Virus record (IMG/VR): IMGVR_UViG_3300024518_002390
Span: 7,066 to 71,065 of that record
Source of the DNA: a virus
Lineage: Duplodnaviria; Caudoviricetes
Reading direction: 5' to 3' (one strand)
DNA length: 64,000 nt
In this document: in pieces, positions 44,145-52,455 of the stretch
How positions within the stretch are numbered: position 1 is the stretch's first letter
Layout of the letters: every line of letters begins with the position of its first letter
The notes under the pieces: generated by a model
Database searches by the model: none
Told to the model about the DNA's origin: nothing
Seen by the model: the letters and a program-made list of their open reading frames with translations, nothing else
Translations under genes and position numbers: made by a program

Positions 44145-44495
44145 TCATTCCTTCCCCTGCCTCCTACCAAATCCACGCAACCATACCAACAGTCTGCGCC
44201 ATAGCGTTTTACGCGGTAGCGCAGTGTCAAATATCTGCCAGGGATTAGCTGCCAATATACCTACCTCATCATCTGTCAACATACTGTCTGAGGCTATTAC
44301 AAGGTCTGTTCTTCCTGTCAGTACTTGTGCTGCTTCGCACGCCGTTTTTGTGGCTGGCCACAGTGGTACATAAGTTGCAAAGTAATCGAACGGCCAATGC
44401 CTGTGTCTACAACGATCACAGTAATATCTAGGAGCCTTGCCTTTACTGTATGTAGGCTGGATCTTCCCCCGTTCGCAATTCGGACACCTAAACAT
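44145..44495 (-). CDS. Zn-ribbon protein carrying a copy of the fibre LTDDE..NPWQIF motif and a W/R amphipathic tail
   Basis: CPNC...CDRC; LTDDEVGILAANPWQIF; RKTLWRRLLVWLRG. Confidence 0.6.
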   Translation of the reverse strand: MFRCPNCERGKIQPTYSKGKAPRYYCDRCRHRHWPFDYFATYVPLWPATKTACEAAQVLTGRTDLVIASDSMLTDDEVGILAANPWQIFDTALPRKTLWRRLLVWLRGFGRRQGKE

Positions 44496-44601
44496 GACCG
44501 AACCCGGATAAGGCAGACATTACTCCAATGAAAATGTACCAACCTAGCAGGCCGATTCCGATAAGTATTAACACTTGTTTCAGTCGTCTCACCATCTCCA
44601 T
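44488..44601 (-). CDS. 37-aa single-TM peptide
   Basis: MEMVRRLKQVLILIGIGLLGWYIFIGVMSALSGFGHV; GAGGGAG SD. Confidence 0.5.
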   Translation of the reverse strand: MEMVRRLKQVLILIGIGLLGWYIFIGVMSALSGFGHV

Positions 44602-44789
44602 CTCCCTCGTGCTGGTTTCGGTTGTTTCGGTTGTACTTTCGGCGGCCGATAATTACGCAGTGTCGCAGACCTTCCATTTGTTGACAGCGATAGCGAAAGT
44701 GAACCGAAACTTAGACAGTGACAGCCTGCCAGTTTTCGCCTATCTTCCCGGTCGTCCCATTCCTCTGTGCCGCGTTGGATCATTGACAT
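44589..44789 (-). CDS. small hypothetical protein
   Basis: 66-aa ORF filling the gap between coupled genes. Confidence 0.4.
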   Translation of the reverse strand: MSMIQRGTEEWDDREDRRKLAGCHCLSFGSLSLSLSTNGRSATLRNYRPPKVQPKQPKPARGRWRW

Positions 44790-44986
44790 ACCTGTCTACT
44801 GCCGTTCGCGGATACTGCCCAATAGCAATTAGACCCGGCCGACTTACTGTCAGCATTAGCAACAACTGCGCCACCAATTACAATGCCGCCTACCAATGCC
44901 CATGTCTTGCCGGAATCATATACGCCGTTTGTTGTACAGCCTGCCATAGCCAGTATGGCGATTAGGATTGTAATGAGACGTTTCAT
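44780..44986 (-). CDS. small lipoprotein
   Basis: MKRLITILIAILAMAGC lipobox; Gly-zipper-like LVGGIVIGGAVVA; AAGGAG SD. Confidence 0.7.
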   Translation of the reverse strand: MKRLITILIAILAMAGCTTNGVYDSGKTWALVGGIVIGGAVVANADSKSAGSNCYWAVSANGSRQVCQ

Positions 44987-44990
44987 TCGA

Positions 44991-45239
44991 TTACTCCTTT
45001 TTGGTTTTTGATTTACTTTCCTTTCTCTTCTTGCGTGGTTTGGCTTTGGCAGCATGCCGAGCGGCCTTATAATCGGCTACTCCACAGGGCTCCCATCCAT
45101 TGACGTGGTCGTCCGGTCCGCACGTTTGTACTTTGAACCCGGCTGCATCATAAGCTACCAGCTTGCCGCTGCGTTCCACTTGTACTCGGACGACTGTTCC
45201 GTCGGCTGTCTTGTAGTAACTACCGTTCGTCAATTTCAT
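44991..45239 (-). CDS. small hypothetical protein with basic tail
   Basis: GAGGA SD; ends AKAKPRKKRKESKSKTKKE. Confidence 0.65.
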   Translation of the reverse strand: MKLTNGSYYKTADGTVVRVQVERSGKLVAYDAAGFKVQTCGPDDHVNGWEPCGVADYKAARHAAKAKPRKKRKESKSKTKKE

Positions 45240-45298
45240 TTCCTCACTCCTCAATGGGCGGCCATAACTTTACCAGGCCTCAACTTTCACTCAGGGCG

Positions 45299-45328
45299 TT
45301 TATAACACCCGCACTGGTAAACTTACAA
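45299..45328 (-). promoter_or_regulatory. putative sigma70-type promoter
   Basis: TTGTAA-N18-TATAAA with TGn extended -10, intergenic, inside the inverted repeat TTTACCAG/CTGGTAAA. Confidence 0.4.
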
Positions 45329-45344
45329 TCACCCCTCCCAAGTG

Positions 45345-45932
45345 TTACTGCTTATTGCTTGCAGGCATTAGCTCGTGGTAATGATTTTTGAACGAGTCGT
45401 TTGCATAATCGGTAGGCCATACCAGCATGTTGCGCAGGATATATTCGTCCGATAAGAATACACCGCGGGGCATTGTCTTACCTTTACTATGCATGAGGTG
45501 GTAGGCCTCATAGTATGCCGCCCACTCATCTGCTTGCTTGATAAGTGTACCCTCGTGAGGCTCGAAGTCCTTCCCCAATAGCCCTACATGCACTGCCTTT
45601 TGCATGCGTTGCTTGAGCCTCTCGATTGGCGCACGTAAGTCGAGCAGGTTAGACATCGGTGCAATAATGTCACCTATGTAGGCCTCGTGCGCGTCGTGCA
45701 GTAGCGCAGTCAATAACAAAGCATTGTCAGCCCCTGCCGACGTTTGTTTTACCCGGTTCAATACCAGCACACTATGCTGTGCAACGGTATACACGTTCTC
45801 CTTATTCGTTGCTCCACCAAAGCGTGGAATCCTACTGAGGTGCCATGCAATGTCCTCAATACATACGTCAGCAGGGTCCGGCCGACTAAGATCAATTAGT
45901 CGGCCTGTATACGTTTCCATCCTTGTGCTCAC
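45345..45932 (-). CDS. HD-domain 5'-deoxynucleotidase (YfbR/YfdR-like)
   Basis: IEDIAWHLSRIPRFGG, YTVAQHSV, ALLHDAHEAYIGD, IKQAD; GTG start overlapping the upstream TGA. Confidence 0.88.
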   Translation of the reverse strand: MSTRMETYTGRLIDLSRPDPADVCIEDIAWHLSRIPRFGGATNKENVYTVAQHSVLVLNRVKQTSAGADNALLLTALLHDAHEAYIGDIIAPMSNLLDLRAPIERLKQRMQKAVHVGLLGKDFEPHEGTLIKQADEWAAYYEAYHLMHSKGKTMPRGVFLSDEYILRNMLVWPTDYANDSFKNHYHELMPASNKQ

Positions 45933-46546
45933 TTCCCTAACTCCCTGTTGCGTCTGTACTGCATTGTGAAGCCCATGCCAGGTACTGTGCTGCCGGGTTT
46001 CCAGCCGATCCAAAATTCCGAATAGGTTATATTTCCGGCCTTGTTGAGCTCGGGATTTATCCACACTGATCGGTAGCCAGCAAACGCGCCGTTAAACGCC
46101 CAGCGATAGGCTGACAGTATTGAGGCACCTAGCAGGCTATGCGCTTCCATTTCTTGCGTTGCCCAATTGCCGCTGTAGTTGGCCTCCCTATCGTCGAATA
46201 CATACCGCAGATTATTTACCGGGTTACGTACTACATACCACCACCACCGCGGGAAGCGTTTGATGAAACCCCCTTTTGCCAATGCTTGCTCTCCCCACCA
46301 GGCCGGACATCCTTCTTCATCGTTTCCCCACAGCCATAACAGCTTCGGCCAATCATCGAACAACAAAGCAATTGGCACAGTAATAACACCCAGGAATATA
46401 AGGCCTACCGGTAAGAAAGCCTGCCACGCTGCTATGTCGGCAAACGGCCACACCATCAGTAGCGGAAAAGTGTGCAGCAATACAAGCGGAATCCAACTCA
46501 GTATGTACATGGCCTTTCTGGCCCTGCTTAGTTTAACAATCTTCAT
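45929..46546 (-). CDS. Trp-rich membrane protein
   Basis: Two N-terminal TMs; WLWGNDEEG, W..RNP.NN, IGWK motifs seen in phage hypothetical proteins. Confidence 0.7.
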   Translation of the reverse strand: MKIVKLSRARKAMYILSWIPLVLLHTFPLLMVWPFADIAAWQAFLPVGLIFLGVITVPIALLFDDWPKLLWLWGNDEEGCPAWWGEQALAKGGFIKRFPRWWWYVVRNPVNNLRYVFDDREANYSGNWATQEMEAHSLLGASILSAYRWAFNGAFAGYRSVWINPELNKAGNITYSEFWIGWKPGSTVPGMGFTMQYRRNRELGK

Positions 46547-46812
46547 AAATCTACCTCCTCTGCATAGATGTCGAGGCCTTTCTCCTCAACCAACCATATT
46601 GGTATTTTGATCTCTACAACCTCCCTAACTCCCCAACCCAGGCCGTCCTCGAGCCCATCCAACACTTCATCGAGGTTGTCTATCTGCGAGCGGGGGATCC
46701 AAATAGGGTCGTTGACAAGATTGTCTGGATCAACAAAGGCCAAGGCCGCATCGGTACAGGCATCGCCGTTAAGTGTTAGCTCGACCACTGCATGGTCTTT
46801 CTTCTGTGACAT
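46543..46812 (-). CDS. conserved phage hypothetical protein
   Basis: WIPRSQI...IPIWLVEEKGL pattern. Confidence 0.7.
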   Translation of the reverse strand: MSQKKDHAVVELTLNGDACTDAALAFVDPDNLVNDPIWIPRSQIDNLDEVLDGLEDGLGWGVREVVEIKIPIWLVEEKGLDIYAEEVDL

Positions 46813-46969
46813 CTCTTACGTCCTCGTATATCGGCACATCAGGCCAATGCTTTGCCAAGACCTTCTGGCAGTACGGATCAATCTCACAAAAACCCACGGT
46901 TTCCCATCCAACCCACCTGGCGGCAAGAGCAAAGCCTCCGATGCCGCTGAATAAATCAAGGTGCCTCAC
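46769..46969 (-). pseudogene. dcm: truncated DNA (cytosine-5) methyltransferase (motifs I-III only)
   Basis: RHLDLFSGIGGFALA...CEID.....V...HWP...IYEDVRDV, then the frame runs into the next gene and stops; no catalytic GFPCQ or TRD. Confidence 0.75.
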
Positions 46970-47184
46970 TCCCACTCCGAATGTACGGAGTCCTGTCCGG
47001 GCTGGACTGGCGCGTGGCAAGCCATATGGTGTGTTGCGTAGGTTTCCACGCTAATCTCACTGTCAGGTGTCACCATGTAGCATTCCGCTTCACCATGATC
47101 GAGTTCGGCATAAGCTATAAACTTGCCGCAATAATCACACCTGAAATCATTTGCCATGATCCCGCCTATCGAGGACTGGCCCAT
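46966..47184 (-). CDS. small Zn-binding hypothetical protein
   Basis: CDYCGKFI...H..C; GGAG SD. Confidence 0.6.
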   Translation of the reverse strand: MGQSSIGGIMANDFRCDYCGKFIAYAELDHGEAECYMVTPDSEISVETYATHHMACHAPVQPGQDSVHSEWE

Positions 47185-47232
47185 GATTCAGGCAGTACAG
47201 CAAGCCGTTTTTGAACCTCAGCTTCAGCAATA

Positions 47233-48009
47233 TTAGACCTCATTGGCGGCCTCCCAACTGAGGTCTACCAACTCCCCTGCCATCTGCCTCACATACATAT
47301 CGTAGTTAGGCCATGCTTCGGGATCAACATTGTAGGTTGTCGTGTCGTACCCTCGGCCGAGGACTTCCTCAAATGCTACATGCCGCTCAACGCACTTATA
47401 GCAAGAACCACAATGTGCATCGGTCGTACCAAACATGCAATTGGATGTCATTAATGCAGCAAGCGGGCCTACTGCATCTACAAGCAATTTGACACGGTCG
47501 GCCTTGTACCTACTCTCCCCAAAGTCGTTCAACGCGATAAACCGGTAGCCGAGGCCGTACTCGTGCAACAAATATGCGGCCAGGTAACGACTGTCAGCGT
47601 CATGCGCGCCAACGTGGTCCTTAACTAACCAAGTATCCGCACCGATATACTCGCCCATGCCGATGTAATACGAGTCGGCAGGGATTACAAAGTTAGTCAT
47701 CATGAAATCCAGGATGTGCTTATTCCTACGAGGTATTCCTGCACCCTCCAAATCGCCTTCCGAGAAATTCTCTAGGAAGCGGCCATCTGCCAGTATCGGT
47801 TTGTGAAATAACTCCGGGTAACTTGCATCGAAGTAGTCAGTCAGCTTGCCTCGTGCAATGGCCTCCCTTTCCTTGTAGCCCTTGTCGCCAAAGACCAACG
47901 TAACTGGCACCACTTCCCAACCGTTTGCAAGCAGCTGGCCTATCACGCCTGTGCTGTCGATACCGCCGCTCCATGTCGTGTAGACAATTTTGTCGTTAGG
48001 GTTTCCCAT
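47233..48009 (-). CDS. queC: divergent QueC-like PP-loop ATP-pyrophosphatase
   Basis: WSGGIDS PP-loop, IPRRN, K.D.V, T.NC...HCGSCYKCVER..AF Zn site; the canonical YPDC is replaced by AHDA. Confidence 0.7.
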   Translation of the reverse strand: MGNPNDKIVYTTWSGGIDSTGVIGQLLANGWEVVPVTLVFGDKGYKEREAIARGKLTDYFDASYPELFHKPILADGRFLENFSEGDLEGAGIPRRNKHILDFMMTNFVIPADSYYIGMGEYIGADTWLVKDHVGAHDADSRYLAAYLLHEYGLGYRFIALNDFGESRYKADRVKLLVDAVGPLAALMTSNCMFGTTDAHCGSCYKCVERHVAFEEVLGRGYDTTTYNVDPEAWPNYDMYVRQMAGELVDLSWEAANEV

Positions 48010-48020
48010 TTGCTTTTCTC

Positions 48021-48239
48021 CTAAGCTGTTTTGTTGATCCAATCCTGGAGCATGTGGCGTGCCTGGTCCTTGTCGCCGCTAGTGATAAACGACACTCGGC
48101 GATCGGCCACAATCTCCGGGCTATCAAATACCACAATTACAAACTCCATGCCTGGCGGCAATGCTTTCTTCATAGCATCCCGAATCATGTGCATGGGGTT
48201 TGCGACATCCGGTGGCAATCTGTCGCTTACCCTTGTCAC
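48021..48239 (-). CDS. small hypothetical protein
   Basis: 72-aa ORF coupled upstream of queC-like. Confidence 0.6.
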   Translation of the reverse strand: MTRVSDRLPPDVANPMHMIRDAMKKALPPGMEFVIVVFDSPEIVADRRVSFITSGDKDQARHMLQDWINKTA

Positions 48240-48745
48240 TTCAATCTCCGCATAATAACCCAGTCTTCAAACTCGCCAAAGTTCTTATAACTGACAACCG
48301 ATCCACCGCCCATATCAATTATTCTATCGGCCACCGAAACATCGCCGGTACCGAGGCCGGTAACAATTACCTTCGCATTCCTTTTCTCGGCCAACTGCGT
48401 CAGTGCTTTAGAATGCGCACGCTCGACCGCTAAATTCCAGCACGAGGCGTATTCGGGATCGGGCAGACACTTCGGAAATAAAACCTTGTCGTCCACGATT
48501 GTCGGTGTTCCCCAATACACTGCATCAAAACCCTCGGCGGACGTTACAATACGAATACCGTGCACTGCGCATTGTTCTTCCAAGCTGGGGCAATTGTAGG
48601 GTATGTGTATGGATCGGCAGTCGCTCAAACAAGCCAGTATGTCTGCCAGTATTAGTTCCTGGCCGCCAAGGTCTTTTACCGACCCAGCATCGTATCCCAA
48701 TCCCTCATAATACAATTCATTGTTCATCGAGTTTTCTTTGCTCAT
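48236..48745 (-). CDS. hypothetical protein, weak resemblance to a degenerate Rossmann/methyltransferase fold
   Basis: GAGGAGG SD; LGGQELILADILACL...IPY and FDAVYWGTP loosely echo Dam-family GGK/PF and D.VY.DPPY motifs. Confidence 0.55.
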   Translation of the reverse strand: MSKENSMNNELYYEGLGYDAGSVKDLGGQELILADILACLSDCRSIHIPYNCPSLEEQCAVHGIRIVTSAEGFDAVYWGTPTIVDDKVLFPKCLPDPEYASCWNLAVERAHSKALTQLAEKRNAKVIVTGLGTGDVSVADRIIDMGGGSVVSYKNFGEFEDWVIMRRLK

Positions 48746-48908
48746 TTTCTACTGCCTCCTCTAAGTTAGATATTTGCTTTTTGATTTGTGCATACCGAAA
48801 GCGCAAACGCTTCAAAGTAAGCATGGCGGCCGCGTACTCTTTTATCAATTCGTCGTATTGTTGCTCGGCCAAATTTATTTGTTCTATTATTCCCACAGCC
48901 TCACCCAT
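48717..48908 (-). CDS. small coiled-coil protein
   Basis: Heptad pattern; start uncertain. Confidence 0.45.
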   Translation of the reverse strand: MGEAVGIIEQINLAEQQYDELIKEYAAAMLTLKRLRFRYAQIKKQISNLEEAVENEQRKLDEQ

Positions 48909-48962
48909 TAAGAATGAGCGCACGACCATTGCCGTACGCTAATATATACAGTGGATTTGGTG

Positions 48963-49496
48963 CTAGAGGTAGGCCTCGTCTGGTGCTACTGACTCGGTCT
49001 CTACTCTCAGGGACTCGTTGCGGCCCCAACTTGTACGGAATCGACGTTCGAGTATTGTCATATTCCGTACCCACCTTGCTAGAGCTTTCTCGTCTTTTAG
49101 ATCTCGCACTAGCTCCAACTCTAAGGATGCCCTGGCCTTTACTACAGCCAGCATGAACCGCGCTTCTAAATGATCCTCGGGAAACTCGGGGCCTCGGCCG
49201 GAGTGCAGTTCTATTAGATACTTCTCGCCCTTCTCCTTCCAATCGTAATAGGTGTGTTCGGTTATTCCTAAGTAGGCACATACGCTTTCTACCGGCAGGC
49301 CTTCCTCAATGAGTTCTGTAACATCATCAATAAGTTTCTCAGTGAGCTTTGACTTACAAGGTAGGCGTGTCCTAGCCTCACTGTTCTTCCTCGTCCTACG
49401 ACGTTTACGAGGTGCGCTTGCTGTAGCCTTGCGCTTGGCAGCCACCTTCTTTTTCTTTTTGCGGCCGCGCGTTGCTTTGGTCTTCCGTGTTGGCAC
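48963..49496 (-). CDS. terminase small subunit-like HTH protein with polybasic N-terminus
   Basis: KLT..LI......I..G.......AYLGI...TYY.W...G, F..AV.KARA, W......LERRF...WGR. Confidence 0.65.
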   Translation of the reverse strand: MPTRKTKATRGRKKKKKVAAKRKATASAPRKRRRTRKNSEARTRLPCKSKLTEKLIDDVTELIEEGLPVESVCAYLGITEHTYYDWKEKGEKYLIELHSGRGPEFPEDHLEARFMLAVVKARASLELELVRDLKDEKALARWVRNMTILERRFRTSWGRNESLRVETESVAPDEAYL

Positions 49497-49544
49497 GATG
49501 TCAAGTCCTGTTGAGGGGATAGACCGCAGCGCTTTACAATCAAA

Positions 49545-49886
49545 TTACACATGCGACAAGAGCTCTCTGCGCTTGCGTTTACGCATACCCGGCGTGAATT
49601 TGAGGCCTAGGTAATGGCTAAGAGCGCAGCTTATCGCTTTAATTGCAGCGTCGCGGTGCACTGGCCGCCGCTCCTGTCCCACTACCGATTCCAACGCCCT
49701 GTACAGCATATAGGGCTCACCTAAGAACCGCACTTTACCTCGCATTAGCGCGAATTCAGTTTCGTCCTGCACCGCGCTCACAAGCCCGTCCACTCGACTT
49801 ACAAAATACGGGTGGTTACTAACCTCCAGCAATTCTTTGTAGGCCTGTTGGAAACGTTTAGAATGCCTAATCCCTAATTTTGCCAT
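49545..49886 (-). CDS. hypothetical protein
   Basis: 113 aa; basic C-terminus. Confidence 0.6.
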   Translation of the reverse strand: MAKLGIRHSKRFQQAYKELLEVSNHPYFVSRVDGLVSAVQDETEFALMRGKVRFLGEPYMLYRALESVVGQERRPVHRDAAIKAISCALSHYLGLKFTPGMRKRKRRELLSHV

Positions 49887-51709
49887 AGTGTGCTTCCTCC
49901 CGTTTCCTTGCTAACAATGGCTCGGCCTGCGAAGTCTCCGTAGTCTAGCGTATGGTGGTCTACTAACCATATCCGCCGACCTGTTTCCAGCGCACGTTGC
50001 CGCAGTGTTTCTAGCAGGTTGTCGATCCCCTGAGGGCTCAAATGCTGGGTGGGTTCGTCATATACCTCTATTCCGAGTTCTAGCCCTGTGCGCGCTGACA
50101 TAAGTGCTATGAAGCCGATCGAGCCTGCGATCTTGAGACGTTGCTTCTCGCCACCACTCCATGCAGCAAAAGGCACTGGCCTGCTGCTATTAGGACTCTG
50201 CACTGCCACGCTAAATCCACTAATAGCATGGCCTGCTTTGCTGCGTTTATCAATGCTGTAACGTATTCGCCAATCGCTAGTAAAACCTAGGTCGGATAGG
50301 GCCTTGTTTGTTTCGATTTCAAGCTGTACCAATGCCTCCTCAATAAGAAACAGCCGGACGTCTTTGAAACCCTGCACCCAATACAATACATCGGCCTTCT
50401 CCTTTTGCTTAAGACCATGTTGTTTTTCCTTGCGCTTGAGCTTACCAGATAGGCGCTCCTCCTCTGCCTCCCGTTCGCGTATTAACGGGATAAACGGATT
50501 CTTGTCTTTGTATGATGCATCCAACCTGCCTTGCTTCGATTCCAAGGCTGTCACCGCCCTTGCAGCGTCGGTAGAGAAGCTGGCCACGTCGTCCTTAACC
50601 CTCGACAATGCTTTGCTAGTTTGCCGGAGCCTCTTTTTCGCGGCCTGCAACTCGACCGAGTACATATCCTTCGTGGCCTCTAACCTATTGCACTCGGTAG
50701 CCATAAAAGTAAGGGTACCGCGTTGTTCATCGAGCGCTTCATCGAGCGCTTTAATATGCAGCGCCAGCCTATCCTTGCTGATCTTTTGTCCACAATGCCT
50801 GCACAAACCTTTCTTTGTTTTGCTTACTTGCTGTCGGTGTGCATGGTCAGCCGTTATTTGCTTCTTTAACTGGGCCGTGGCCCATACTACCTTCTCCTCC
50901 TCAGCACTGGCCTCAGTCCAGTTCTCAAACGCCAGTGCCTCGGCACCTTTTTCTAGTCTTACTTCGGCACCCAATTCCTTCTTGCGGGCCTTTGCGTTGT
51001 CCAATGCTTTGAGCAATGCCGAGGCCTCCTTATTAGCACCCTTTATCTCCCTTCTAAGTGTCTTCTCCAACGTTGTTTTCTTGCGCCGCCAATCCTTGCG
51101 TTTTGCTTGCAGGTCCTCAATGTCTAGGCCGTCCAGCTTGCCCTCCAACCTGCTAATGTTACGCTCCAAAGTATGCACCTCGTCCTGCACCCCATCGGCC
51201 GCGCTCTTAGCGACTGCACTATAGTTGGTCCAGTTGTCTAGCTTCAACATGGCAGTAAATAAGGCCAGCTTGCGTGCTGGTTGCAGATCAAAAAACATAT
51301 CGCCGCCCTGCGACAGCACAACGGCAGAGGTAAACGTTTGGAAGTTTATACCAAGCGCCTCCTCCAACGCCGACTGTTCAATAACCTCGCCATCTAATGT
51401 AAGCTTATTCGGCCGCCACTTACGTACCACCAAACTACGACCGATCCACAGCTTGCCATAGTAGCCCTTTTCTTCGGACTGCCACGACTTTAAATCCTCG
51501 GCCTTGAGACCATCCGCTGTACGGCCGAATAGTATCCAGCAAAGTGCGGACCACACTGTAGATTTGCCAACACCGTTCGAGCCTAGCGAGGGATCGACTG
51601 CATTGTCTCCACCCTCGAGAAAATACAGGCCGGGTACACTGCCAAAATCGAACTTAGTAGATTCAGCAAATGTGCGGAAGCCGGCGAACTCAATCTTTCG
51701 TAGCTTCAT
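49874..51709 (-). CDS. sbcC: SbcC/Rad50-like ATPase (gp46-like nuclease subunit)
   Basis: Walker A GSNGVGKS, Zn hook CRHC in the coiled coil, signature WSGGEKQR, Walker B VYDEP, VDH; start ATG 51709 (ATGA overlap). Confidence 0.9.
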   Translation of the reverse strand: MKLRKIEFAGFRTFAESTKFDFGSVPGLYFLEGGDNAVDPSLGSNGVGKSTVWSALCWILFGRTADGLKAEDLKSWQSEEKGYYGKLWIGRSLVVRKWRPNKLTLDGEVIEQSALEEALGINFQTFTSAVVLSQGGDMFFDLQPARKLALFTAMLKLDNWTNYSAVAKSAADGVQDEVHTLERNISRLEGKLDGLDIEDLQAKRKDWRRKKTTLEKTLRREIKGANKEASALLKALDNAKARKKELGAEVRLEKGAEALAFENWTEASAEEEKVVWATAQLKKQITADHAHRQQVSKTKKGLCRHCGQKISKDRLALHIKALDEALDEQRGTLTFMATECNRLEATKDMYSVELQAAKKRLRQTSKALSRVKDDVASFSTDAARAVTALESKQGRLDASYKDKNPFIPLIREREAEEERLSGKLKRKEKQHGLKQKEKADVLYWVQGFKDVRLFLIEEALVQLEIETNKALSDLGFTSDWRIRYSIDKRSKAGHAISGFSVAVQSPNSSRPVPFAAWSGGEKQRLKIAGSIGFIALMSARTGLELGIEVYDEPTQHLSPQGIDNLLETLRQRALETGRRIWLVDHHTLDYGDFAGRAIVSKETGGSTLWQN

Positions 51710-52071
51710 TCTGGTATTTCTGTCCACTGCATTGGATAGCCTCGACATTCCTCGGGCGGCCAAGGTGTAGAAATCGACTCGGCCTTCCATTTTCCCAATA
51801 CAGTAAAATAGGCAAGGCCGACAAACCATGTTCTTCCTCGACCTGGTTTCCTATGCCTATACAGCACTGTCCCTTGTTTAGGATCGGGTTGCTCTTCCCT
51901 TATATACTTCCACTTCATAATATAATCCTTGCAATCATCCCACGTCGTCTCCTCTTCCTCGGGCGGGCGGCCGTCTTCCCAATGCCCGATCCTGCACCAA
52001 AAATGTGGATAGGGATCGTCTATCTGGCCACCACTGCTATGATAGAAGAATATACAGTCGAGGCACTTCAT
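51706..52071 (-). CDS. hypothetical protein with DUF551-like C-terminal domain
   Basis: WKYIREEQP...VL...W...QWTEIPE. Confidence 0.6.
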   Translation of the reverse strand: MKCLDCIFFYHSSGGQIDDPYPHFWCRIGHWEDGRPPEEEETTWDDCKDYIMKWKYIREEQPDPKQGTVLYRHRKPGRGRTWFVGLAYFTVLGKWKAESISTPWPPEECRGYPMQWTEIPE

Positions 52072-52454
52072 AAATGCTTGAAATGGCCGTGGCCGCCTTC
52101 GTCAGTAGTATCCCAATCTCGTTTGATGTTTATCTCGGCCTTCTTCAAAGCCTCTGCCATCAAATTGTATCCGGCCTTATGTGCGTGATGCAGCAATAGC
52201 AACAGGCAATCGGCAGCCTCCTCTGGATCATGCGATGGAGGTATGTGCTCAAACACTCCCATATGCTGATTCTCATCAATCACAGGAATATCGCCACCTG
52301 CAAACTCCAAGGCCTCCTCGCGAAAGTGTGAGGCTATAGATTCCAGGTCCGACTTCGGAAACGTTTTGTCTGCCCACTCTCCCCATGCATCCTGGAAGGC
52401 CTTTAACCCCAACACCTTTACTGGAATTTCGATTATCTGTTCTACACTCGCCAT
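52068..52454 (-). CDS. dATP/dGTP pyrophosphohydrolase (DUF550, MazG-like)
   Basis: W.DKTF...H.REE..E...D.EEAAD.L.L......G.......KK..IN..R.W. Confidence 0.75.
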   Translation of the reverse strand: MASVEQIIEIPVKVLGLKAFQDAWGEWADKTFPKSDLESIASHFREEALEFAGGDIPVIDENQHMGVFEHIPPSHDPEEAADCLLLLLHHAHKAGYNLMAEALKKAEINIKRDWDTTDEGGHGHFKHL

Positions 52455-52455
52455 G

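Noticed and set aside
15295-44278. Possible diversity-generating retroelement TR/VR pair
   Set aside because: Only 52 nt, differences are not adenine-specific, and there is no reverse transcriptase in the window.
46785-46800. PCSG in the MTase fragment as a catalytic Pro-Cys
   Set aside because: Arises from out-of-frame overlap with the next gene's start; spacing and context do not match motif IV.
49874-51829. Longest-ORF starts in the track (sbcC 51829, capsid 33609, scaffold 34513, HD 46064, parB 1916, queC 48042)
   Set aside because: Downstream starts with SD sequences or stop-start overlaps fit better; the extensions overlap other genes or regulatory elements.
45345-52454. 2-aminoadenine (Z-genome) pathway suggested by HD and MazG-like enzymes
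   Set aside because: No PurZ/adenylosuccinate-synthetase-like gene in the window; the deazaguanine genes explain the modification context better.
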